Shown here: in pieces, positions 8,920 to 17,523 of the stretch | How positions within the stretch are numbered: position 1 is the stretch's first letter | Layout of the letters: each line of letters starts with the position of its first letter | IMG/VR virus record: IMGVR_UViG_2911215477_000001 | Span: 1-38,485 of that record | Source of the DNA: a virus | Lineage: Duplodnaviria > Heunggongvirae > Uroviricota > Caudoviricetes | Strand: one strand, 5' to 3' | Length of the DNA stretch: 38,485 nt | The notes under the pieces: generated by a model | What the model was told of the DNA's origin: nothing | Database searches by the model: none | Seen by the model: only the letters and a program-made list of their open reading frames with translations | Program-made: the position numbers and the translations under genes

Positions 8920-9188
8920 TTGCCGATTCCTTGTTTTCTGAGCTGTTCCGTCAGCCCATGGTGGCGGTCCTTGCACTCCCAGTAGAGGTGCTGGACTTGT
9001 TTGTGGTTGGCTTGAATGGCTTCACGTTCACCGGATTGAAGCTCCGGCAGCTCTTCAGGGCAGTCCTCAAGGTATTTCGCGTTGAGAAAAATCTGCCCTC
9101 TTGTTTCCGAGGTTCCAGAGGCGCAGCTCGTCAGCATCAAACACAGGCTGATCCACGCTGCGCTCAGAAAGAGCCGGTATGGGTTCAT
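8916..9188 (-). CDS. Outer-membrane spanin (Rz1-like lipoprotein)
   Basis: Signal peptide with lipobox LTS-C and a short Pro/Cys-containing mature part. Overlaps the 3' end of the i-spanin in another frame. Confidence 0.85.
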   Translation of the reverse strand: MNPYRLFLSAAWISLCLMLTSCASGTSETRGQIFLNAKYLEDCPEELPELQSGEREAIQANHKQVQHLYWECKDRHHGLTEQLRKQGIGK

Positions 9189-9507
9189 GGGTGTCGTCCT
9201 TCGGCGGATTCCGTGCCTTGGGTTCAGTCACGGGGTATCCGGGCTCCTGTGCCCGGCGCTTGTTGTAGAAATCGACAACGGCGGTGTCAGTCCAGGAGAA
9301 GAAGCCGTCCCTGGCTACATCCTTCCCTGTTTGCTCCTCCTGGACTGACATGGCCGCTTGGGCGTTGTCTGCCGTTTCCTTGCTCACCGCAGCGGACTGC
9401 TGGGACTTCTCAATGGCGTAGCCACGCTCAGTCCAGGTGTGGCCTCCGTAGAAGCACAGACCCGACCAGGCCACGACGAGCAAACCAATGAGAAGTCCCT
9501 GCTTCAT
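9067..9507 (-). CDS. Inner-membrane spanin (Rz-like)
   Basis: N-terminal TM helix (MKQGLLIGLLVVAWSGLCFYGG), then a helical periplasmic domain. ATG overlaps the endolysin TGA (ATGA). Confidence 0.8.
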   Translation of the reverse strand: MKQGLLIGLLVVAWSGLCFYGGHTWTERGYAIEKSQQSAAVSKETADNAQAAMSVQEEQTGKDVARDGFFSWTDTAVVDFYNKRRAQEPGYPVTEPKARNPPKDDTHEPIPALSERSVDQPVFDADELRLWNLGNKRADFSQREIP

Positions 9508-10394
9508 GCTGCTTCCTTGAGTTCCTTGCGTTTCTGCCAAACCACGTAGATCGAGGTGCCGATGCTGACGGCCACCAAGGTCAGAGCGATCACTCGGGTC
9601 CACTGCGTCATGCCGGCAGTGTCCGAGGCGATCTGTTTGATGGCTGCCACCGTGGGAGCGATCTGGCTGTAACCAGCGGTGATCGCGCCTGCGATACCCG
9701 TCACGATGGTCGTGATGGATGCCTTGCCACCCGGCACTTCAGTCACCTTCTGGACGGGTGCCGTGGGCACTTCGTTGGCGGTGTCGATACGGATGGCTTC
9801 CTGGATGACAGGAGCTGCCTTCGGCACTTCGATACCGGGCAGAGTCATCTGCGGAGCCGGCACGGAGATCTTCCCGATGGGAGCGATGTCCTCGACCGGG
9901 AGGCTCCACAGTCGGATTTCCAGGTTGCGACGGTTCACCAGGCCCGGCAGATCTTCCTTCCAGGTCCGAACCTTGCCGTCAGCAAGCTTCTCGGTCTTGG
10001 TGATCTTGACCCACTTGGCCAGCTCAATCGGGACAGCCTTGTAGTCGCCCTGGTTGAGCTTGCGCAGCAGCGTGCTGGACGCGAACTGATCCCAGCCCAC
10101 GTTGAAGGCGAAGGACACCAGTGCGCCGTACTGATGATCGTTCAGATCAACCAGCACCTTGCTGCACACTACGTCGATTGCTTCGTGGAGATCCTGGTCG
10201 AAGATGCGCCAGGCTTCGGCTTCGGTGATGACCAGGCCAGAGCGAACCTCGGGACCGGTGTGGCCGATACCGATAGTCCAGACGCCCTTGCTGTCCTTGT
10301 AAGCCTTGAGGACGGGTTTACCGTCAGTGCCAGGAGCGCCCTCGCACACAGCGAGGAACTTGCGGCACTCTTCAGTCAGTGGACGGAAGTTCAC
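9504..10394 (-). CDS. GH24 (T4/P21-type) endolysin with hydrophobic C-terminal extension, about 296 aa
   Basis: Catalytic E..D-x5-T (CEG..YKDSKGVWTIGIGHT), ALVSFAFNVG, GLVNRR. GTG at 10394 has a GGAGG SD and overlaps the upstream TGA. Confidence 0.9.
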   Translation of the reverse strand: MNFRPLTEECRKFLAVCEGAPGTDGKPVLKAYKDSKGVWTIGIGHTGPEVRSGLVITEAEAWRIFDQDLHEAIDVVCSKVLVDLNDHQYGALVSFAFNVGWDQFASSTLLRKLNQGDYKAVPIELAKWVKITKTEKLADGKVRTWKEDLPGLVNRRNLEIRLWSLPVEDIAPIGKISVPAPQMTLPGIEVPKAAPVIQEAIRIDTANEVPTAPVQKVTEVPGGKASITTIVTGIAGAITAGYSQIAPTVAAIKQIASDTAGMTQWTRVIALTLVAVSIGTSIYVVWQKRKELKEAA

Positions 10395-10729
10395 GGGGAA
10401 CCTCCGCTGAGCTTGGGGATGTTGACGTCCGCTGCCTTGGCAGTCAGATAGATCAGCAGGAGCCAGAGACCGATCTTCGTAGCCCACGCGAATACGTGGC
10501 CCATGAAAGAGTCGGTCAGCTTGTCCATGCGTCGGTGGAACTGTTCCGTGATACGGATCAGTTCGAGAACCTCTTCGGGCTTTCGGTCCCCGAAGTGGCT
10601 GATGAAGCTTTCCCGGACTTCGGATCGGACGACAGACCGAATTGCCTCAAGCAACTCGGCCTGTCGGCCTTTCTCAATGAGTTCCTTCTCACGTCCGGAC
10701 ATTCCATTGTCCAGGTCTTTCTCGCTCAC
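10391..10729 (-). CDS. Putative holin or antiholin (single C-terminal TM helix)
   Basis: 112 aa directly upstream of and coupled to the endolysin. Hydrophobic stretch FAWATKIGLWLLLIYLTA. Confidence 0.55.
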   Translation of the reverse strand: MSEKDLDNGMSGREKELIEKGRQAELLEAIRSVVRSEVRESFISHFGDRKPEEVLELIRITEQFHRRMDKLTDSFMGHVFAWATKIGLWLLLIYLTAKAADVNIPKLSGGSP

Positions 10730-10736
10730 CGCTCAG

Positions 10737-10784
10737 TCCCTTGTAGCCAGTGTGTATGTATGCGCTTACGTATTCTACAAGGGA
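10737..10784 (-). promoter_or_regulatory. Lysis-cassette control region: operator-like palindrome 4, -10 TAGAAT and flanking 10-bp inverted repeat
   Basis: GTATGC-gctt-ACGTAT at 10758-10773. Perfect IR TCCCTTGTAG (10737-10746) / CTACAAGGGA (10775-10784). The downstream arm on the mRNA contains the SD of the holin candidate. Confidence 0.75.
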
Positions 10785-10793
10785 CGGAAAGGG

Positions 10794-11030
10794 TTAGCCA
10801 CCCTTGGTGGAGTTGCCCTTGCCGGTCGGCTTCGACTTCAGCTCTTCCAGCTCGCTGGTCAGCTCGGCAATGCGCTGGGCCTGCTCCTGCAGGTTGCCGT
10901 GGATGATCTGCACAGCCTGGCGTGCGGCCTGGACGAACGGACCACGGGCAGCGCCTGCGAGGGTCTGGGTCAGGTCATCGGATGCCTGGGCGAGGAACTG
11001 CACGGCTTCCTGGGTTTCCTGCTTGATCAC
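10794..11030 (-). CDS. Small coiled-coil hypothetical protein, 78 aa
   Basis: GTG start with AAGGA SD, overlaps the upstream stop, heptad-like C-terminus. Confidence 0.65.
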   Translation of the reverse strand: MIKQETQEAVQFLAQASDDLTQTLAGAARGPFVQAARQAVQIIHGNLQEQAQRIAELTSELEELKSKPTGKGNSTKGG

Positions 11031-11497
11031 GGGGTTTCTTCCTTGTTGGTTTCAGTGGTGGGTTCGATGATCGTGACGGTTTCGTCCACGACCGGGGGCG
11101 GTTCTTCCGAGACGTTCGGAGAGTTGGGGTTCAGGGTGCTCTGCAGGGTCTCGCTTGCGAAGCCCTTTTCGTTTGCCAGGCGGTCGAACGCGAGCTTGAA
11201 CATGTTGACGACGCCGGCTCCCGAGATGTGCTCCAGCGGAACACCAGTGACGGGATCGAGGTCTTCGGGCTGGGCAAACAGACGCGGGAGCACTTCCATG
11301 CCATTGACCCAAAGGGTATCGCGACGACCCTGCACGTCCACGTAGGCACCGTCGATGTAGATGTATTCCTGGCACTCGTAGATCAGCTGGATGTTGCCGC
11401 TGACCGGATCCCACTTCATGCGGATCTCCGGGGCGACCATTTCAGCGACGACACCGTTACCCAGCTCCCGGAATCGCTTGTTCACAACATTGGTCAT
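11027..11497 (-). CDS. Hypothetical protein next to the tail-fibre locus, 156 aa
   Basis: AGGA SD and its own TATAAT promoter. The DPVTGVPLEHISGAGVVNMFK motif recalls proteins found after tail fibres in Xanthomonadales phages (from memory). Confidence 0.7.
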   Translation of the reverse strand: MTNVVNKRFRELGNGVVAEMVAPEIRMKWDPVSGNIQLIYECQEYIYIDGAYVDVQGRRDTLWVNGMEVLPRLFAQPEDLDPVTGVPLEHISGAGVVNMFKLAFDRLANEKGFASETLQSTLNPNSPNVSEEPPPVVDETVTIIEPTTETNKEETP

Positions 11498-11524
11498 AGG
11501 TATGTCCTAAAAGGTGACTATTAC

Positions 11525-11547
11525 ATTATACGTATGCAGATACTTAC
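11525..11547 (-). promoter_or_regulatory. Operator-like palindrome 5 plus -10 box
   Basis: GTATGC-agat-ACTTAC at 11532-11547. Minus-strand TATAAT at 11530-11525. Confidence 0.7.
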
Positions 11548-11593
11548 ACGGTCAGCCCGGCCCTAAGACCGGGTGACATTTCTTCGAATTGCC

Positions 11594-12100
11594 TTACACC
11601 GTGTTGAAGTAGTTCATGCTGCAACGTGCGGTCACGGTCTGGGACGAGACGCCATCAGAGATGTCGCACGCCACATCCACGTAGCTGCCCCCATTGAGCA
11701 GAGCCGTACACTGCGCGCTCACCTGGTTGGTGTTGCTGCCGGCAGTAGCGCCAGATGCGCCACCACCCCACCCGATCACACGCCAGTTGTAGCTGAAGTT
11801 GCCCGTGCCACCGGATGCGTATGCGGTGGCCAAGGTGCTCATCACGCGGGTCGTCGGCGTGGTCTTGTTGCCGAGGTTGAACGAGACCGTCGAGCCGGTT
11901 GCAGACGCAGTGAACGGGACGTAGTTGGTCGCACCCACGAACTGCGCGAGTTCCAGATACCACGAGTTGTCCGAGACGCCGTAGTTCTGCGAGATGTTCG
12001 GGACGAGACCACCACCACGGGCATACGAAAAGAGGTCGCCAGGGCCTCCGAAGACATTCACTAGATCCTGGAGGCTCGGGTTGGCGGGAACGGTAGCCAT
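11594..12100 (-). CDS. Putative fibre-tip adhesin / receptor-binding protein, 168 aa
   Basis: TAATG-coupled to a fibre that ends in a self-cleaving chaperone. Gly-rich N-terminus (SLQDL..FSYARGGGLVPN) followed by a Thr/Ser-rich beta domain. Confidence 0.6.
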   Translation of the reverse strand: MATVPANPSLQDLVNVFGGPGDLFSYARGGGLVPNISQNYGVSDNSWYLELAQFVGATNYVPFTASATGSTVSFNLGNKTTPTTRVMSTLATAYASGGTGNFSYNWRVIGWGGGASGATAGSNTNQVSAQCTALLNGGSYVDVACDISDGVSSQTVTARCSMNYFNTV

Positions 12101-15100
12101 TACAGGCCACCGTCCGTCAGACGCTTGTCCAACATCTGCACCGCTGCGACGAGGGGAGCCAGCAGCTCGGCCACCGACAGGGTGAGCGTGTCGGGACCAG
12201 CAGGGCCGTCACCGGAGGTCACCATCGTCGGATAGTGGTCCTCCATCTCCTGAGCGAAGAACCCGAACTCCCAGTGGCCGTCCTTGAGGTAGGAACGCGG
12301 GATCAGCTTCTTGATCTTCTCAAGCTCCTGGCGGGGGTTGAGCTTCTCCGCGAAGCGCTTCAAGCGCGCGTCGGAGTTGATCTTGAAGTTCGGCGCATAC
12401 ACCCAGGCGGAACAGTAAGCGTCACCGTTGGATTGAACCTTGAACTCGCCAGCACCGTTATATGGCCCGTTGGGTCGCATATAGATCGTGCCCGCCGTGC
12501 CGTTATTGCCGAGAACAAGGTGGCCCTGGTCGGAGTTGACGTAGCCGTTGCGCGCCTTCAGGGTGTTGCCGCTTGCTTCGCCCCAAATCGTTGCAGAACC
12601 GCGTGCGACGAGATCGCCGCGCATATTGAAGTGGCCGTTACGAACGTCAAACCAATGCGAGTATTCGCCCAAAGGCACAGCCTGTCCGGAAATGGTCGGG
12701 GCAAAGCCGATACCGTTCCACGACTTGATGGCAAGGTTGTTCGCAGTGATAGAGCAGTTGTCACCGTTACCCGGATAGATGCCGTTGCCGCCACCGTTAC
12801 CGTTAAACGTGATCTCCTTCATCATTACGCCGCCGACGTTCTTGTCTAGCGGGGTGATAAGAGCAGACGTCCAGATGGTGCCGCCTGCGGCGAGGGAGGC
12901 GGTAAACCCAGCCTGCTCGTTATAGAAGCTGAACTGTCCGCCCTGCTTGAAGATGTACGAGTTGGCGTTTCCGAAGTAGACAACGCCATCAGTGGCAGTG
13001 CCGTTCCAGCCGGAAGCTCGGAGGGAAGCGTTGTTCGCGATCACCGTGCCATTAACGGTCGTCGTGCCGTCAGGCGCGACCGTGACCCTGGAGATCAGGG
13101 CACCGCGCTTGGCCCCAAAGCTGATGTTGAGCGCACCGCCCACCGAATAGAGGGCGATGTCATTGTCACCATCAGAGATCGCATAGCCGCCGCCGTAGCT
13201 GCCGCCAGCCTGGTATGCCATAGCGCCGACGCCCTGACCAGGGCCACTCCAGACGTGCGTCGAGACAACGGACTTCGTGACCGTAATCTTGTTCTGAGCC
13301 TGGAGCGAAATGTCGGTGCCGTTGATTGCGATGGGCGCGTACTTCGACGCATCCGAGTTGACGGCATCCAGGGACACGCCATCCGTGCCGAAAGGCATGA
13401 AGCGAGAGAGGCCAGTCGTGCCGTTCACCGGCTTGAAGTACACGATGTCGGAGAACGTCGGCCCGACAAGGTTCGCCTTGCTATTCGGGTTGAAGTTGCC
13501 GTCGTGCCACACATTGCGCCACGGACCCCAAGTCGTTGCGTTGGTGCCCTTACGGATTGCCAGGCCATCGCCAAAGCTGAGCTGCGATGCGTAGCCGCCC
13601 GATCCGCCGATGTCCCAACCCATCATGGTCAGAATGTGCGCATAGGTGCCGCCGTTGTTGACGGGCGGGTTATTGACCGACGCAATGCGCTTGAAGCTCG
13701 CGAATACCTGCTTAGCCCCGAAGTCGCCCGGAGCATCCACCACGTCGCGGGTGTCCACCACAGCAATCGAGGTTGCGGATGCAGCGGTGGCGGTCTTGTC
13801 GAGCTTCGTGGTCGGATCGAAGTTGGCACTCGTCCACAGCTTGTTCCAGGTGGCGAACTGCGAGCCATCCGAGGTGCCGCCGACGAAGGAGTCAGAAGAG
13901 CCGGCCTGGATCCACAGACCCGCCCAGCCGCCCGAAACGTCGCGATTGGCGATCTTGTGGAAGTAGCCGTAGTTGTCGTTGGGCGCACCACCTGCAATGC
14001 CGATAGTGCTGCTGTTGCCCATATAGCTGGAGTAGCCCATCGGGAGCGCAGCCCAGGCAGCGGCGGTGTTCGTTACGCCGTCGTAGGTCTGGTTGCCAGT
14101 TTTGCCCAGCTTCGTGGCGAGCAGCGGAAGCAGACCCAGATCATCGGTCACGTCGATGATCGAGACGTCATCAACCGTCAGCGTGCCGACCGTCTGGTTC
14201 GCATTCACGGACAGCTGGAGACCGGTCACGCCCGGCTGCACGGTGTAATCGCCAGTGACCTGAGTCCAGCTCGTCTTGTTGCTGGAGAACGTCGGGGCGA
14301 TCAGCAGACCACCGCCCGAGTCACCCAGGCGCAGCTTGGAGTTGTTGGATGCCCCGTTGTAGTCGGCGCTGGTCTTGTAGTAGCACGAAATGCGGTAGGT
14401 GCGGCCCAGCACAACCGGGATCGTCTGCACCGGCATGCCAAAGCTGACATCACCGCTACCAGGTGCGATCTGAATGGCCGTGCTGCCGCTGCGGGAGTCC
14501 GTCACATAGGTCACACGCCCCTGAGCGCCCGACTGCGTGAGATCCCACAGCTTCTTTTCGAAGTTGCCGTCCGAAACGAGGTTGCGACCAGCCGTGAAGT
14601 TGATCAGGTCCAGCGAACGCTGGAGGTTCGTCACTTCACTGATGGCGTGCGTATGCGCGCTCGGAGTGAACGTGGTCGGCTTGTTCGCCAGGTTCGCCCA
14701 GGTGAAAGCAGCAGAGTCGAGCTTGGACGACTCCAGGGCGGCAACCGAGGTCAGGTTGCGGACATGCCAATCCGTCGCATACCAGATCGAACCGTAGTCC
14801 GGCGAGTTCTGGTTGATCTGGAGGAACGGCAGGATCCAGCGAACCGAGCCATTTGCGGGCACGGTATAGCGACCCACCACCTTCACCCAGCCTGCGCTGA
14901 TGGGCTGGCTCTTGACGTTGGTGTAGGTGTAGGTGCCTGCGCCACCCGGAGCCCACGGGCTGAACTGCGACTGGCGGACGTAGAGATTGAAGGCATTGGT
15001 GCCAGGCGTGCCGACACTCGATGCCACGACAGCCGTCATCTCGATCACATCGCCCGGCTGAACCGGAATGGGATCGAAGTTGGGCGTGTGGTCGCGCACA

Positions 15101-17472
15101 GCCAGCTTTGCCACATAGGGCTGCGGGCAGCCAGCCGGGACGTCCGGATCGGTCGAAGCGACGACCGTGAAGCCCATGCGGTCGTAGCGGGTTTCGAACG
15201 TCGGGTTCGGGATCAGGTCTTCACCCGCGTTCAAGGCCGACTTGACCGCGTAGGTCAGCGTATCCAGGTTCGTCTGGAGGCTGCTGATGTCACCGATGCC
15301 CAGCGTGACCGCACCAGTGCGACCGGCAACGCTCGTCACCGTCTGCTGGTTGTCGATGCGATCCCAGCCATTCTTGTCATTGGCAACGATCATGTCGCCA
15401 ATCTTGTAGCTCACCGAGCTGACGGTGCCCGCCACGCTGATGATGTAGAAGTCACCCTTCTTCGGGGTGGCCGGCAGCGTGCCCTTGGAAGCGTCCCACG
15501 AGCCCATGTAGACCAGGGTGCCCGTCGATGCAGCCTGCATCGTTTCCGCCCAGTGGCGAGCGGAGAACTTGCCCGGCTGGACTTCGGTGTTGCGGGGAGC
15601 GTCAGCCCACTGCTGAGCCAGGTCGCGAGCGGTCTCGGCAGCCGTCTTCGCACCGCCTGCAGCCGACGAGGATGCGGCAGCGCTCGTTTCCGAGGACTTC
15701 GCGTTGGTCTCGCTCGTTTTGGCGTTGGTCTCGGAGGTCTTTGCGTTCGTAGCCGAGGTGGCTGCAGCCGTAGCCGATCCAGCAGCTGCCGTCTTCGATG
15801 CAGCAGCATTGGTTTCGGACGTAGCAGCGTTCGTTTCCGAGGTCTTGGAGTTGGTCTCGGAGGTCTTCGCCTTGCTCTGGGAGTCGGCAGCAGCAGCTGC
15901 GCTGTCAGAGGCAGCCTGGCTGTCCGTGATGTCCTCGATGTAGAGCGCCTGCAGCTCGATGGTCGCGCCCGTGCCAGCCGTCGCAATGGCCTGACAGGTG
16001 GCATAGGGAGCCGTGCTGCCGCTGGTGAACTGGAACGAGACCGTCTGCCACGCGCCGTCCTTGGGGAGGTTCGCGTTCGCAGGGATGTTGGCCATGACGG
16101 AGGTCGCCATAGCGTCGTTCACGGTCAGGATCGACAGACCCAGGGTCGAAGTGCCCGCAATGGATCGAGCGACCGCAGTTGCACGATAGGTGCGACCGGA
16201 CGCATTGCGCAGGTAGCCCTTCGGACGCGGATACACCGGGCTGGTTGCCGTGGACTTGAAGACCGTGCCAGAGCCCGCTTCAACGACGAAGTTGGCATCC
16301 GGGATGTCAGTCGATCCCGGACCCACCGAGTTGGTCAGGGTGAAGAACTTACCCTTCTGCGAGAACTCGCGGGGCATGGCGAACATTGCACCGGCAGTCG
16401 CAGCGGTCGCACTGTTGGCAGCGTTCGTTTCACTGGTCGCAGCAGCGGTCTTCGACGCAGCAGCAGCGTTTTCCGATGCCTTGGCATTGGTTTCGCTGGT
16501 CTTTGCATTCGTCTCGGAGGTTGCAGCAGCCGTTTTGCTGGCAGCAGCAGCATTCTCGGAAGCCTTCGCGTTGGTTTCCGAGGTGCCGGCAGCGGTCTTG
16601 CTCGCAGCAGCAGCCGTCGCGGAGCCAGCAGCGTTCGTTTCGCTGGTTTTCGCGTTCGTTTCGGAGGTCTTGGCGTTGGTTTCCGACGTCTTTGCGTTCG
16701 TTTCGGAGGTCTTCGCCTTCCCTTCCGACGTGGAAGCATTGGTGGCCGACGTAGCAGCAGCCGTAGCGGAGCCGGCAGCAGCGGTCTTGCTGGAAGCAGC
16801 GTTCGTTTCGCTCGTGGCCGCAGCCGTCTTGCTCGCAGCAGCGTTGGTTTCCGAGGTCTTGGAGTTGGACTCGGAGATCTTTGCGTTCTGCTCGCTCGTG
16901 CGGGCAGCTGCAGCCGAAGCCGCCGCATTGGTCTCGCTGGTCTTGGCAGCGTCACGCGATGCGTTCGACTTGGCCAGGTTGTCGCGAGTCTGGGCAATCG
17001 CACCGCCCAGCTCATCAGCCATCTTGGTGCCGCTGTCCAGGATCTGTGGCAGCGAGTAGACCTCCATCGCCACGCCGTCGAAGCTGGTGATCGTGACCTT
17101 GGTCGGATACACCGGGTCATCGGATGCCGGCTTCGTCGCCCAATCGGTCAGCTGACGCTCGCGCAGGAGCGACTTGCTGATGAGCTGGAGCTGGGCAGCA
17201 ACAAGCTCGGCACCGGGAAGCACCGAGAAGTTGCGGATGACCGCGTAGGTCGTGGTAGCCAGGCTCGCGCCCTTGTAAGGGGACGCGAGCACCAGGGTAT
17301 CGGCACCAGTGACGTCCGCGATCTCGTAGAACGCAGCGCCGTCGATGGTGAAGAGATCACCAGGGCGGATCGGGTTGCCAACATTCCAGAACGTCGAGGT
17401 TCCGGAGATGTTGGCCGAGTCCTTGGTTACTTTGACAGTGCCGGCTCGATACCAGCGGCTGTAGTCCGTCAT
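12100..17472 (-). CDS. Side tail fibre, 1790 aa, with CBM-like domains and a C-terminal intramolecular chaperone (peptidase S74-like)
   Basis: N-terminal anchor (WYRAGTVKV..ISGTSTFW), SETNA repeats, two NL(I/V)xxxxFE jelly-roll starts, a PSAHTH motif, and C-terminal SDARLK..GFFAQE. Confidence 0.92.
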   Translation of the reverse strand: MTDYSRWYRAGTVKVTKDSANISGTSTFWNVGNPIRPGDLFTIDGAAFYEIADVTGADTLVLASPYKGASLATTTYAVIRNFSVLPGAELVAAQLQLISKSLLRERQLTDWATKPASDDPVYPTKVTITSFDGVAMEVYSLPQILDSGTKMADELGGAIAQTRDNLAKSNASRDAAKTSETNAAASAAAARTSEQNAKISESNSKTSETNAAASKTAAATSETNAASSKTAAAGSATAAATSATNASTSEGKAKTSETNAKTSETNAKTSETNAKTSETNAAGSATAAAASKTAAGTSETNAKASENAAAASKTAAATSETNAKTSETNAKASENAAAASKTAAATSETNAANSATAATAGAMFAMPREFSQKGKFFTLTNSVGPGSTDIPDANFVVEAGSGTVFKSTATSPVYPRPKGYLRNASGRTYRATAVARSIAGTSTLGLSILTVNDAMATSVMANIPANANLPKDGAWQTVSFQFTSGSTAPYATCQAIATAGTGATIELQALYIEDITDSQAASDSAAAAADSQSKAKTSETNSKTSETNAATSETNAAASKTAAAGSATAAATSATNAKTSETNAKTSETNAKSSETSAAASSSAAGGAKTAAETARDLAQQWADAPRNTEVQPGKFSARHWAETMQAASTGTLVYMGSWDASKGTLPATPKKGDFYIISVAGTVSSVSYKIGDMIVANDKNGWDRIDNQQTVTSVAGRTGAVTLGIGDISSLQTNLDTLTYAVKSALNAGEDLIPNPTFETRYDRMGFTVVASTDPDVPAGCPQPYVAKLAVRDHTPNFDPIPVQPGDVIEMTAVVASSVGTPGTNAFNLYVRQSQFSPWAPGGAGTYTYTNVKSQPISAGWVKVVGRYTVPANGSVRWILPFLQINQNSPDYGSIWYATDWHVRNLTSVAALESSKLDSAAFTWANLANKPTTFTPSAHTHAISEVTNLQRSLDLINFTAGRNLVSDGNFEKKLWDLTQSGAQGRVTYVTDSRSGSTAIQIAPGSGDVSFGMPVQTIPVVLGRTYRISCYYKTSADYNGASNNSKLRLGDSGGGLLIAPTFSSNKTSWTQVTGDYTVQPGVTGLQLSVNANQTVGTLTVDDVSIIDVTDDLGLLPLLATKLGKTGNQTYDGVTNTAAAWAALPMGYSSYMGNSSTIGIAGGAPNDNYGYFHKIANRDVSGGWAGLWIQAGSSDSFVGGTSDGSQFATWNKLWTSANFDPTTKLDKTATAASATSIAVVDTRDVVDAPGDFGAKQVFASFKRIASVNNPPVNNGGTYAHILTMMGWDIGGSGGYASQLSFGDGLAIRKGTNATTWGPWRNVWHDGNFNPNSKANLVGPTFSDIVYFKPVNGTTGLSRFMPFGTDGVSLDAVNSDASKYAPIAINGTDISLQAQNKITVTKSVVSTHVWSGPGQGVGAMAYQAGGSYGGGYAISDGDNDIALYSVGGALNISFGAKRGALISRVTVAPDGTTTVNGTVIANNASLRASGWNGTATDGVVYFGNANSYIFKQGGQFSFYNEQAGFTASLAAGGTIWTSALITPLDKNVGGVMMKEITFNGNGGGNGIYPGNGDNCSITANNLAIKSWNGIGFAPTISGQAVPLGEYSHWFDVRNGHFNMRGDLVARGSATIWGEASGNTLKARNGYVNSDQGHLVLGNNGTAGTIYMRPNGPYNGAGEFKVQSNGDAYCSAWVYAPNFKINSDARLKRFAEKLNPRQELEKIKKLIPRSYLKDGHWEFGFFAQEMEDHYPTMVTSGDGPAGPDTLTLSVAELLAPLVAAVQMLDKRLTDGGL
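15630..15925 (-). repeat. Coding tandem repeat block 2 (same units as block 1)
   Basis: Second run of KTSETN/AAAS units after an intervening globular domain of about 150 aa. Boundaries are approximate. Confidence 0.8.
16390..16965 (-). repeat. Coding tandem repeat block 1 (AKTSETN / AAASKTA units)
   Basis: Many imperfect 7-aa and 14-aa units in the fibre translation (Stf-like coiled coil). Boundaries are approximate. Confidence 0.85.
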
Positions 17473-17499
17473 TCGATCATCCTTGATCTATGGAGGTAT

Positions 17500-17519
17500 G
17501 TATGTGCCTACATAGTATA
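17500..17519 (-). promoter_or_regulatory. Operator-like palindrome 6 overlapping -10 TATACT (tail-fibre promoter)
   Basis: GTATGT-gcct-ACATAG at 17500-17515, preceded by GTAT. Minus-strand TATACT overlaps the site by 2 nt. Confidence 0.75.
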
Positions 17520-17523
17520 GCAA

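Noticed and set aside
1360-10487. Longest-ORF starts given for ligase (2796), hfq-like (6169), hypothetical (6906), PhoH (7722), phosphoesterase (8976), i-spanin (9603) and endolysin (10487)
   Set aside because: Downstream starts have SD sequences and/or stop-start overlaps, while the longer versions run into upstream genes or promoter boxes.
11551-11577. Hairpin GTCA(G)CCCGG / CCGGGTGAC as terminator of the fibre operon
   Set aside because: No U-tract follows on the coding (minus) strand; the T-rich side is on the + strand. It may be a stabilising or processing stem, so it is not called a terminator.
15630-16965. CRISPR-like array
   Set aside because: The repeats are in-frame 21/42-nt degenerate coding units without unique spacers.
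12100-17472. Diversity-generating retroelement or shufflon acting on the tail fibre
   Set aside because: No reverse transcriptase, template/variable repeat pair, invertase, inverted crossover sites or opposite-strand fibre cassettes were seen.
13255-17520. 1421-aa + strand ORF
   Set aside because: Antisense shadow of the tail fibre caused by high GC3 codon bias. No SD, no motifs, Arg/Gly/Val-rich translation.
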